Positions 28,362 to 36,846 of a stretch of 37,310 bases of DNA are shown here, piece after piece. Below the pieces are notes generated by a model, which did no database searches, was not told the origin of the DNA, and worked only from the letters and a program-made list of their open reading frames with translations. This DNA comes from a virus (Duplodnaviria > Caudoviricetes). Location: positions 1 through 37,310 of the IMG/VR virus record IMGVR_UViG_3300011337_000498; one strand, written 5' to 3'. Every line of letters begins with the position of its first letter. Position 1 is the first letter of the stretch. The position numbers and the translations under genes are program-made.

Positions 28362-29258
28362 ATGTTTAGAATCACAGAAAAAAACCAGCCTATGCATGTA
28401 GGTTCATTGACAGTATTAATTTATGGTGAAGCAGGAATTGGTAAAACTACATTGTGTAATACTGCTAACAATGCAGTTGTATTGGATTTTGACAAAGGTT
28501 CACATAGAGCATCATATAGACAGGATGTATTGTCTATTGACAAATGGTCTGATATTGCATATAATATGCAGGGTTTTTTATCAGCATTAGAGAAATATGA
28601 TACAATCGTAATTGATACAATTGGTAATATGTTAGATTTCATGATGTTGTTTATTTTAGATGAAAACCCTAGATTTTTAAAAAATAAAATGCAGGCATAT
28701 GGCGAATTGAAAAACATGTTTTACGATTTCCATCAGAGACTAGTTCAGATGAATAAAGACATTGTATTTATTGCACATGTTAAAACAAAAGACGAAGGGG
28801 ATTATAAATCAGTTAAACCATTAGCATCAGGTTCATCATATGATTTAATAGTTCAAAAATCAGATTTAGTTGGATACATGTCGGTAATTAATGGTAAAAC
28901 AGTATTAGATTTTAATGCATCTGAATTTAAAGTTGCTAAAAATTGCGCAGGGTATCAACCAATTATTATTGGTAATTTATCTGATATAAAGGATAAATTG
29001 AATAGTATTATTGTTGAAACTAAATCTATATTACAACGTGCATCAGATGCACAAAAGGAATCATTGGAACTAATTAATACATTAACAAATGACGCAACAT
29101 CCTGTATGGATGCTGATGGTTTAAATGAGCTGTTAACTAGATTACCAAAATTGAAATTATCTAAATCAGAGAAAATACAAATATGGGAATCTGTTAAATT
29201 ACATGGTGAATCATTAGGATTAATATTGGATTCAAATAAACAATGGGTTAAATCATGA
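28362..29258 (+). CDS. AAA_24 ATPase, Sak4-like ssDNA annealing protein
   Basis: IYGEAGIGKTT, LDFDKG, TIVIDT, VFIAH and DLVGY motifs. Confidence 0.85.
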   Translation: MFRITEKNQPMHVGSLTVLIYGEAGIGKTTLCNTANNAVVLDFDKGSHRASYRQDVLSIDKWSDIAYNMQGFLSALEKYDTIVIDTIGNMLDFMMLFILDENPRFLKNKMQAYGELKNMFYDFHQRLVQMNKDIVFIAHVKTKDEGDYKSVKPLASGSSYDLIVQKSDLVGYMSVINGKTVLDFNASEFKVAKNCAGYQPIIIGNLSDIKDKLNSIIVETKSILQRASDAQKESLELINTLTNDATSCMDADGLNELLTRLPKLKLSKSEKIQIWESVKLHGESLGLILDSNKQWVKS

Positions 29259-29887
29259 TAGAATTTAGAGCATCACATATTGAATCATTTAGAAAGTACT
29301 TAAATGATGATATTAGTAAACAGATGATGTTGGATTCATTACAAGGTAAAACAACACCATCAGTAAAAATGCAGATTGGTACAATGTACCATGAATTGAT
29401 TCAGAGCAAAGGCAAAACATCTGATTTGTTTAATATGAATCAGGTTCAGGAAGCGCAAAACAAATTTGCACGTGGTGTATATGAAATCAAAGCAAAAAAG
29501 GATATTATTACTGAACATGGTGTTGTATCAATATCAGGGATTGCAGATAATATTGTTGGTAATATTGTAAATGAATTTAAAACCTGTTATGGTACATTCA
29601 GTATAGACAGATATTTAGAATCTATGCAATGGCGTATTTATACATGGTTGTTTGATGTACCTGTTGTTAAATATACTGTATATGAATTTCCTGCAATATC
29701 GACATCCATCACATCTATTGATGATCTAAAAAAACCATTAGAATATAGACATGAACATACATTCAGTTGTTATGCCAATGAATTTGATATACGTGAAATA
29801 TATACAATGGCATCAGCATTAAGTAATTTTTGTAAAGTATTTAACATTCAACCAATTACATCAGTTAAAGATGTATATGAAATATAA
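29255..29887 (+). CDS. PD-(D/E)XK exonuclease
   Basis: GTMYHE, SGIAD...EFKT and QWRIY motifs; coupled to the Sak4-like gene. Confidence 0.75.
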   Translation: MIEFRASHIESFRKYLNDDISKQMMLDSLQGKTTPSVKMQIGTMYHELIQSKGKTSDLFNMNQVQEAQNKFARGVYEIKAKKDIITEHGVVSISGIADNIVGNIVNEFKTCYGTFSIDRYLESMQWRIYTWLFDVPVVKYTVYEFPAISTSITSIDDLKKPLEYRHEHTFSCYANEFDIREIYTMASALSNFCKVFNIQPITSVKDVYEI

Positions 29888-29898
29888 GGAATAATAAT

Positions 29899-30219
29899 AT
29901 GAATTTTTTTATGAATCTTTTTAGAAGCACAAGCCCAGCATGGAAGCAAATTAATGCTAAACCGTTGACAATAAAGAAAGTTACAAGCCCAAAAAAACAT
30001 ACTGTAAATAGTACTGATGCTCAAAAATATGAACTTAGTAAGTTGTTGACAGCCATTTTAAGAAATAACAACTATCAATTTGATACGATTGCGAATGTGT
30101 TGAATTTCCTCAAATTACAGCCAAAACGAATAAATGCACATAACAAGGATACTGTTAAATCTTTATTCAATAAACATAATTCAAAATTTAACGGTAATAA
30201 CAAAACCGTCATAAATTGA
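29899..30219 (+). CDS. Basic protein with possible recombinase-type HTH
   Basis: IANVLN...KDTVKSL resembles the serine-recombinase DNA-binding segment; weak. Confidence 0.5.
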   Translation: MNFFMNLFRSTSPAWKQINAKPLTIKKVTSPKKHTVNSTDAQKYELSKLLTAILRNNNYQFDTIANVLNFLKLQPKRINAHNKDTVKSLFNKHNSKFNGNNKTVIN

Positions 30220-30336
30220 TTTAGACAAACGAAAATTAAAAATATGTCTTAGTATATGCCCTGCATGTGTATTGTTGAATGTGGGGCATTACAGACGGCA
30301 AAAACACTATTTATTATTCATAGGAGAGCGGTAAAA

Positions 30337-30981
30337 ATGGAATTACACAAAAGTATTACAGCAATTGACAAAAATTTGATGGATTTGCGTCATGATTTAT
30401 TGCAGGTATGTGAGAACATCCACAATATCAGATTGGCATTAAATCAATTATGCGGATTCCCTGTAGAAAATGCAGAAAACGTTTTTAAAAAAGTATCTCA
30501 CACTCTTCAAAAAAGTATATCTAATTTAGAGAATGCGGGGGGGGATTATAGGGGGGGGAGAGATATGGGATTAAAAGGGAAAAGAGAGGGGGGGGAATTA
30601 AGGGGGGGGAATTTAGTAAAAACACCATCAGAAAATGCATTATCGTTTTATCCTGATGATATTAAATTTTTGCATAAATATTTGTTGATGGAATTGATGC
30701 AGGGCAAAATTAGTGAACAACAGTTTATTTTTATTCAGGAAAAAAAACAGGTGATACATTCTCTGAAAACTCTTTGTAAATTAAGGAAGTTAGGTTATTC
30801 AGATGATGCAATTAAACAGGCAGTTTTTAATGCATTCAGGGATACATTTTGGCAGGAACAATTTAAACATATTAAAGCATTATCTAATACATCTAAGAAT
30901 GGCAGTTTGGTTATTGATAACCTGTTGAAAATAAATAGAGTTAAAACAAAAATTGCAACACCAAAAAACATAATATTTTAG
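30337..30981 (+). CDS. Putative replication initiator / origin-containing gene
   Basis: Start reassigned to ATG 30337 after AGGAG. Central low-complexity G-tract linker and C-terminal DTFWQ; lies in the replication module. Confidence 0.55.
   Translation: MELHKSITAIDKNLMDLRHDLLQVCENIHNIRLALNQLCGFPVENAENVFKKVSHTLQKSISNLENAGGDYRGGRDMGLKGKREGGELRGGNLVKTPSENALSFYPDDIKFLHKYLLMELMQGKISEQQFIFIQEKKQVIHSLKTLCKLRKLGYSDDAIKQAVFNAFRDTFWQEQFKHIKALSNTSKNGSLVIDNLLKINRVKTKIATPKNIIF
30537..30609 (+). repeat. Four G8 tracts in two pairs (candidate origin / G-quadruplex)
   Basis: G8 at 30537, 30551, 30588 and 30602; within-pair spacers ATTATA and AATTAA. Confidence 0.85.
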
Positions 30982-30999
30982 GATTAAGGAGATAAGATA

Positions 31000-31233
31000 A
31001 TGAAGTGGGAAAAGTTAGAATATGGCAAATGGCCAAAAGGCACGATTGTTATGCGTATTGATCTTGAAGGAGCACCCGAGTATGAAGTAGGTTTTATAAA
31101 GATAAGTAAAACTAATCAAGAGGTATATTTTGACTGTATGAGCCCGATGCAGTTGTACGATATTAACATCGATTCTATATACGATCTCGAACCATATTAT
31201 ATTGAACTTGATAAAGTGGAGATGCCAGAATGA
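31000..31233 (+). CDS. Small acidic hypothetical protein, probably recently acquired
   Basis: AAGGAG upstream; atypical codons; contains GATC twice. Confidence 0.75.
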   Translation: MKWEKLEYGKWPKGTIVMRIDLEGAPEYEVGFIKISKTNQEVYFDCMSPMQLYDINIDSIYDLEPYYIELDKVEMPE

Positions 31234-31667
31234 ACATCCAGACTATCAAATATTTAGAACTTCCCTCTTCCTTTAATGCTAGAATGCCTATGAGTGTGCA
31301 ATTAAGAGCGGAAAGGCTCAAGCTATTCCCAAAAAAAACAAAAGAAAAAATTAAAGATTTACGAAATTTAAAAAAGTATCCTGATATTGATACACCAGAA
31401 TTTCCACTATTAAAGGAAGCATGTGATTACCTTAATATTAATTTTGCACTTTTAAATTCAAAAAAAGCAACTAAATATACAGGTGTTAATTATGATTTAT
31501 TTGCATTGGTATACTATTATAAAACACGTGGTTTTTATACATTGGTATTTATGCAAGATTACATTTTTACTGAAAGGAATATTTACAACTATAGTAGACA
31601 TGTAAATAACTTTATTGATAAACAAAGATATATCGATTTATTTAACTATCTGGATGCTATGCAATGA
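31230..31667 (+). CDS. Hypothetical protein, paralog of 31664 (N-terminus) and 35637 (C-terminus) ORFs
   Basis: QLRAERLKLF vs QLKAERLKKF; YTLVF/NIY block shared with 35637. Confidence 0.7.
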   Translation: MNIQTIKYLELPSSFNARMPMSVQLRAERLKLFPKKTKEKIKDLRNLKKYPDIDTPEFPLLKEACDYLNINFALLNSKKATKYTGVNYDLFALVYYYKTRGFYTLVFMQDYIFTERNIYNYSRHVNNFIDKQRYIDLFNYLDAMQ

Positions 31668-32122
31668 AATTATCAGAGCAACTGAAAGCCGAACGGCTTA
31701 AAAAATTTAAATATCAACAGTTAGATATTCAACAGAATTCTAAAAAAATAGAAAATTCCAAGGATAAACATGATTCATTATATCAGGTTGCATATCAGTA
31801 TAGATTAGGATACAGAGGTAATATTGTTGATGATGCACAAAATATAATAAAAATAGTATCTATTAAATATGGTATATTGATACATGATTTAGTATCACAC
31901 AAAAGGAATGCAGATATTATGCATAGTAGGCATGTAGCTATGTTTATTATGTATCACTTCCTGCCTATGTCGTTAAACAAAATAGGATTAGTATTTTGCA
32001 AAAGAGACCATAGTACCATAAGACATGCAGTATTTAAGATAGCTGATTTAATTGGCATATATCCACATATTAAAAAAGAAATCATAACAATTTTGATTAA
32101 ACTAAAATACATAGAGAGTTAA
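31664..32122 (+). CDS. DnaA domain IV (Bac_DnaA_C)-like DNA-binding protein
   Basis: IIKIVS.KYGI...DL.S.KR...I..SRHVAMF.......SL..IG..F.KRDHSTI.HA..KI. Confidence 0.88.
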   Translation: MKLSEQLKAERLKKFKYQQLDIQQNSKKIENSKDKHDSLYQVAYQYRLGYRGNIVDDAQNIIKIVSIKYGILIHDLVSHKRNADIMHSRHVAMFIMYHFLPMSLNKIGLVFCKRDHSTIRHAVFKIADLIGIYPHIKKEIITILIKLKYIES

Positions 32123-32124
32123 TT

Positions 32125-32295
32125 ATGTTTTACAAAGATTCTGAAATAACATGGCATATCAATTACGCATTATCACAGGGCAAAAGTATTACAGAGGATG
32201 ATGCAAAAGCAATGATAGATTTTTATGATGAATGCCAAAGGTTAAACAATGATAGGGATGAAATAGATACTGATGATATTGATACTGATGAATAA
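32125..32295 (+). CDS. Small acidic protein (56 aa)
   Basis: MFYKDSEITW...DRDEIDTDDIDTDE; below the ORF-track size cutoff. Confidence 0.65.
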   Translation: MFYKDSEITWHINYALSQGKSITEDDAKAMIDFYDECQRLNNDRDEIDTDDIDTDE

Positions 32296-32335
32296 ACAAT
32301 GATATTGCGAAAACATACATTCATGAAAGGAAGCC

Positions 32336-34030
32336 ATGAAAACATTTATTGATTATGGAATTACAGGAATTAAAAATGCATTAGGGGGACAACAGCGAGT
32401 TTTGTGCCCTGAATGTTCAGGAACAAGGCAGAATAAACCTGATGAAAAATGTTTATCTGTTGATGTTGAAAAAAAAACATGGTATTGCCATCATTGTGCA
32501 TGGAGTGGTGGCATTGGTACTGATAAACAGGAATATTGGCATAATGTTGAATCGTATAAATCAATTGATTATAAACCTGTTGCAAACAATGATTCAGATT
32601 TAATTGCATACTTCAAAAAACGTGGTATTTCTGAACATATAGTTCATAGAAATAACATCAGTCAATACAAAGATTGGATACTATTTCCATCGTATATCAA
32701 TGATGATTGTGTTAATGTCAAATATCGTGGAATCAATGAAAAAAAGTTTATGCAGTCCAAAGATGGATACAAAACATTTTATAAACTCAATGATATTATT
32801 GATGCAAAATATGCCATTATTTGTGAGGGCGAAATTGATGCATTATCATTTGAGCAGGCAGGAATAGTAAATGCGGTATCAGTTCCAGAGGGTGCAATTA
32901 ATCCTGATGCAAAGAACATAACTCAAAAATTAAAGTTTATAGACAATACCATAAAATATTTTGATGATATTGATGAAATATATATTGCAACAGATAATGA
33001 TTCATCTGGAAGGCGGTTGGCTGATGAACTTTCAAGACGTTTTGGAAGGGAGCGGTGCAGGATTGTTAAATTTCCTGATGGTTGCAAAGATGCTAATGAT
33101 GTATTATTGAAATATGGAGCATCTGAATTAGTTACAATGATTGCAAAAGCTGAAATGTATCCAATAGAAAATGTACAATTAGCCAATACGTTTACTGATT
33201 CACTAATTGATATTTGGCATAATGGATTCCAAACAGGCGCAACAACACAAGCATTTGAGAAATTTGATAATCATTTTACTTTTCACTCCGGTCAATTTAC
33301 AGTTGTAACGGGTATACCATCACATGGTAAATCCAATTTCATAGACCAAATAATAATAGAATTAGCTAAAAATGCGGGTTGGAAGTCTGCAGTATTTTCG
33401 CCTGAAAATCCATCAACAGAAATATGGTTAATTAGATTGTTAGAAATATTTACGAAACGTCCTTTTTTAAGTGGATTCAATAGATTGAATCCTGATGATA
33501 TTAAGAAAGCAAATAATGTTATTAATGAGTATATATTCTCGATTTTACCTGATGATAATTTTCAGTTGGATAACGTATTAGCAACAGCGAAAATGTTGAT
33601 TAGAAGGTATGGAATTAATATGTTAATAATCGACCCATTTAATAATATTGAGTCATCAATATCTAGAAATGAATCAGAGACAAGTTATATTGCAAAGGTA
33701 TTGGTAAAACTTAGAAATTTTGCACGTAAAACAGGAATACATTTAATCCTGATTGCACATCCCAAAAAGATGAATAAAATTAATGGTAGTGATTATAATT
33801 ATGAAATACCTGTATTATATGATATATCAGGTTCAGCAAATTTTTACAATGTTGCTGATAATGGAATAACTGTTTATCGTAGATTTGATGAATCAGATGC
33901 AAGTAAATCGAATACAGAAATATACATTCAGAAAGTTAAATCAAAATATATAGGTAAATTAGGCAGGATTGATTTCAGTTACGATATTAACATTCAATCA
34001 TATACTGAATTAAATATTGCATTATATTGA
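32336..34030 (+). CDS. Primase-helicase (Zn finger, TOPRIM, SF4 helicase; T7 gp4/Twinkle-like)
   Basis: CPEC...CHHC, ICEGEIDALS, DND, KDAND, GIPSHGKS, IIDP and DISGS motifs. Confidence 0.95.
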   Translation: MKTFIDYGITGIKNALGGQQRVLCPECSGTRQNKPDEKCLSVDVEKKTWYCHHCAWSGGIGTDKQEYWHNVESYKSIDYKPVANNDSDLIAYFKKRGISEHIVHRNNISQYKDWILFPSYINDDCVNVKYRGINEKKFMQSKDGYKTFYKLNDIIDAKYAIICEGEIDALSFEQAGIVNAVSVPEGAINPDAKNITQKLKFIDNTIKYFDDIDEIYIATDNDSSGRRLADELSRRFGRERCRIVKFPDGCKDANDVLLKYGASELVTMIAKAEMYPIENVQLANTFTDSLIDIWHNGFQTGATTQAFEKFDNHFTFHSGQFTVVTGIPSHGKSNFIDQIIIELAKNAGWKSAVFSPENPSTEIWLIRLLEIFTKRPFLSGFNRLNPDDIKKANNVINEYIFSILPDDNFQLDNVLATAKMLIRRYGINMLIIDPFNNIESSISRNESETSYIAKVLVKLRNFARKTGIHLILIAHPKKMNKINGSDYNYEIPVLYDISGSANFYNVADNGITVYRRFDESDASKSNTEIYIQKVKSKYIGKLGRIDFSYDINIQSYTELNIALY

Positions 34031-34042
34031 ATAGGAATCAGG

Positions 34043-34414
34043 ATGGAATACAATAATGATATTAGATATGATTTAGAAATTGGTAGAATAGCTAAAAAGA
34101 AATTAGCTGATATATTAGAAAATAAAACAATTGAAATTAAATATGATTTGTTAGCAAGTAAAACAGGTAATATTGCAATTGAATATGAATGCAGAAATAA
34201 AGCAAGTGGAATTAGTATTACTGAATCAGATTATTATTGTTATATAATTGCTAATACAAAATGTGATGATATATATATTCTGATTGAAACTAATAAATTA
34301 AAAGAGCTATGCAGGAAGTATTATTTAATGAATAAGATTAAAAAATTAGGTGATAGTAATTTATCAAAAGCGGTAATAATACCATTAAAAGATTTATTTT
34401 CAATTAAAATGTAA
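34043..34414 (+). CDS. Restriction-endonuclease-like (PD-(D/E)XK-type) phage protein
   Basis: IEIKxD...TGNIAIEY...SGI..TESDY pattern. Confidence 0.6.
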   Translation: MEYNNDIRYDLEIGRIAKKKLADILENKTIEIKYDLLASKTGNIAIEYECRNKASGISITESDYYCYIIANTKCDDIYILIETNKLKELCRKYYLMNKIKKLGDSNLSKAVIIPLKDLFSIKM

Positions 34415-34418
34415 ATAT

Positions 34419-35621
34419 ATGAATGTTGATTTGTGGCAATTAAAACATGGCAATTGCAAAGAGCTGATAAAAGATTTAGAAGATAATACCATAGATGCAA
34501 TAGTTACCGACCCGCCTTATGAATTAGGATTCATGGGGAAAAAATGGGATAATAGTGGCATTGCAAACGATGTTGATTTATGGACTGAATGTTTACGGGT
34601 GCTAAAACATGGGGGGCATTTATTAGCGTTTTCAGGTTCACGAACGTACCATAGAATGGCGGTTGCAATTGAAGATGCAGGATTTGATATTAGAGACCAG
34701 ATACAATGGGTATATGGTTCTGGATTCCCTAAAAGTCATAACATAGGGAAGGCAATAGATAAAATGCAAGGTGGTGCAAAACAATGGGATGGTTGGGGCA
34801 CGGCGTTAAAACCCGCGCACGAACCTATATGCGTTGCACGCAAACCATTGATTGGAACAGTAGCTGAAAACGTTTTAAAGTATGGAACAGGTGGCATTAA
34901 TATTGATGGGTGCAGGATTGGTAGTGAGGGTGGAACATCATTGCAAGATGTTATGCCAGTTGGTGTTTCAGGAAATGAAAATTGTTACGGCGTTTACAAA
35001 AATATGGCATTTGGCAAGCCTGTTGCTGGTTTAGGCCGTTGGCCTGCTAACCTTATTCACGATGGTAGTGAAGAGGTATTGGCGGGGTTTCCAAATGTTA
35101 GCGCATCAACAATTGGCAAGCGTGATATAAATGATAATATTGGCAATATATTACATGGTAAAAAAGCAGAACCAAATAAATTAAGTGGTTACAATGAACC
35201 AAGCGGTTCCGCCTCCCGTTTTTTCTATTGTGCAAAAGCAAGTAAAAAAGATAGAAATGAAGGATGTGTGGGAATGGAGGGTAAACTTAGAATTTTAAGC
35301 AACCAAGCAATTGCAGAAATGAAAAGAGGGAATACGGGATACAAAGAGGAGCACGGGAAGTTGCAAATGGGTTCACGGCAAGAAGCACAAAACCACCACC
35401 CAACAGTCAAACCAACAGATTTAATGCGCTATCTATGCAGATTAGTAACACCACCAAACGGCATAATATTAGACCCGTTTACAGGTTCAGGTTCAACAGG
35501 AAAAGCGGCTATATTAGAGGGGTTCCGCTTTGTTGGTTTTGATATGCAAAGTGAATATATTGACATAGCAAGTGCAAGAATTAAAGATACTGAAAAGAAA
35601 ATAAATAGTAAATTATTTTAA
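34419..35621 (+). CDS. DNA N6-adenine/N4-cytosine methyltransferase (beta class)
   Basis: VTDPPY precedes HPTVKP...LDPFTGSGSTG. Confidence 0.95.
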   Translation: MNVDLWQLKHGNCKELIKDLEDNTIDAIVTDPPYELGFMGKKWDNSGIANDVDLWTECLRVLKHGGHLLAFSGSRTYHRMAVAIEDAGFDIRDQIQWVYGSGFPKSHNIGKAIDKMQGGAKQWDGWGTALKPAHEPICVARKPLIGTVAENVLKYGTGGINIDGCRIGSEGGTSLQDVMPVGVSGNENCYGVYKNMAFGKPVAGLGRWPANLIHDGSEEVLAGFPNVSASTIGKRDINDNIGNILHGKKAEPNKLSGYNEPSGSASRFFYCAKASKKDRNEGCVGMEGKLRILSNQAIAEMKRGNTGYKEEHGKLQMGSRQEAQNHHPTVKPTDLMRYLCRLVTPPNGIILDPFTGSGSTGKAAILEGFRFVGFDMQSEYIDIASARIKDTEKKINSKLF

Positions 35622-35636
35622 TTATGGATTAAGGTT

Positions 35637-36038
35637 ATGGAAGCAATAGGAAGCATCAGTAATATGGTAGTTCCAAATTATGAATGGACACCAATATTAT
35701 ATAAAAATGAAAAAAAATTGTCTGAATTAATAAAGGATGAAAAGGAATTATTATTTCATGGCAAATTAGATGTAATCAATAATGTATTAAAAATAGCATC
35801 TAAATTCACAGGATTAGATGTTAATACATTGTTAAATGTGGAATGTGATAAAAAAAATAAATACTGTGGAATTATTGGTGCATATTTGCGCAAATATCAT
35901 GATGTAACTGAATATACATTAGTATTTAATTATGGTGCATCAAAAAATATATATTATTTGTCAAAAAATTATACTAAATTAATGCGGAAATCTGAATATA
36001 GAATGCTATTTTATACTTTGTTGGATTCTCATGGATAA
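35637..36038 (+). CDS. Hypothetical protein, allele of 285..686
   Basis: Same length; differences clustered at GLDVNTLLNVECD. Confidence 0.8.
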   Translation: MEAIGSISNMVVPNYEWTPILYKNEKKLSELIKDEKELLFHGKLDVINNVLKIASKFTGLDVNTLLNVECDKKNKYCGIIGAYLRKYHDVTEYTLVFNYGASKNIYYLSKNYTKLMRKSEYRMLFYTLLDSHG

Positions 36039-36357
36039 TAAAGATATATTAATATTTAGACATCAGTTAATATTACATAATATTGATATTCCTGAATCAG
36101 AATATATGTTTGCAAAGGAATTGAAACGCAAATTTAGATTTGATTACTGTTACCCTAAAAAGAAATTAGCAATTGAAATAGAGGGCGGTATCTGGATAAA
36201 TGGAAGGCATAACAGACCATCAGGATTTATAAAGGATATGGAGAAATATAATATTGCATGTGTATTAGGATACAGGATATTAAGATTTACAATACAGGAT
36301 TTAAAAAAAGAACCCACATATATAACAATCAAAGATGCATTAGAAAACAGCGCATGA
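36031..36357 (+). CDS. DUF559/Vsr-like endonuclease, allele of 679..1005
   Basis: Near-identical, with a divergent C-terminus. Confidence 0.8.
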   Translation: MDNKDILIFRHQLILHNIDIPESEYMFAKELKRKFRFDYCYPKKKLAIEIEGGIWINGRHNRPSGFIKDMEKYNIACVLGYRILRFTIQDLKKEPTYITIKDALENSA

Positions 36358-36408
36358 CATACCATGCAATAACAGTAAGAAAGTACTTTAATGAGTGAGA
36401 TATAAGAC

Positions 36409-36651
36409 ATGGATGCAAAAGAAAAAGCAAAAGAAATGGTGCACGTTTACACAAAAGAGTTGTTACGTACAAATTATAAAATTAACGGTTTAGTTATTAA
36501 CAACTTAGCCATACAATGTGCTTTAATAGCAGTTGAAGAAATACTAGATGCAAGACCAGTCATCACATATACTCAAGTTGAATTTATCAATTTTTGGAAT
36601 GATGTCAAGTCGGAGTTGCAGTCTTTGTGGGGCGTCGCAAATATATGCTAA
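36409..36651 (+). CDS. Small hypothetical protein; swappable cassette B
   Basis: KEKAKE...AIQCALIAVEEIL...FWNDVK; replaces 1039..1245. Confidence 0.75.
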   Translation: MDAKEKAKEMVHVYTKELLRTNYKINGLVINNLAIQCALIAVEEILDARPVITYTQVEFINFWNDVKSELQSLWGVANIC

Positions 36652-36660
36652 ATATGCGAC
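36634..36660. promoter_or_regulatory. 27-bp imperfect palindrome at cassette boundary (second copy)
   Basis: Identical to 1245-1271. Confidence 0.55.
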
Positions 36661-36674
36661 AAAAGGAATAAGAC

Positions 36675-36839
36675 ATGGAACTTAAAGCAGCAATTGAAAT
36701 ACTGGAATATCACCAGCAATGGCGGTTAGGTAAACGTGATGAAATGATTCATGAACCTAAGAAATTAACAGAGTCAATTAATGTTATATTAATAGCAGTA
36801 AAAAAATTGCATTTAAATGATGAAAACAATAATGGATAA
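36675..36839 (+). CDS. Hypothetical protein (54-aa allele of 1286..1498)
   Basis: MELKAAIEILEYHQQWRLGKRDEM...LNDENNNG; lacks 16 codons. Confidence 0.8.
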   Translation: MELKAAIEILEYHQQWRLGKRDEMIHEPKKLTESINVILIAVKKLHLNDENNNG

Positions 36840-36846
36840 ATAAACT

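Noticed and set aside
28143-30219. Lysogeny module (excisionase plus recombinase)
   Set aside because: Only an Xis-like HTH and a weak HTH fragment; no catalytic tyrosine or serine integrase and no divergent repressor.
30256-30289. Hairpin ATGCCCTGCAT...ATGTGGGGCAT as a terminator
   Set aside because: No U-tract and a long loop; may be a leader structure, but support is too thin.
34095-35600. Insertion sequence with an 8-bp target-site duplication
   Set aside because: No transposase or terminal inverted repeats, and both repeats lie inside intact ORFs in the long allele, favouring deletion.
4320-36410. Minus-strand ORFs in the six-frame track
   Set aside because: All shadow longer plus-strand genes with recognisable motifs or tight operon packing, and none has a family signature.
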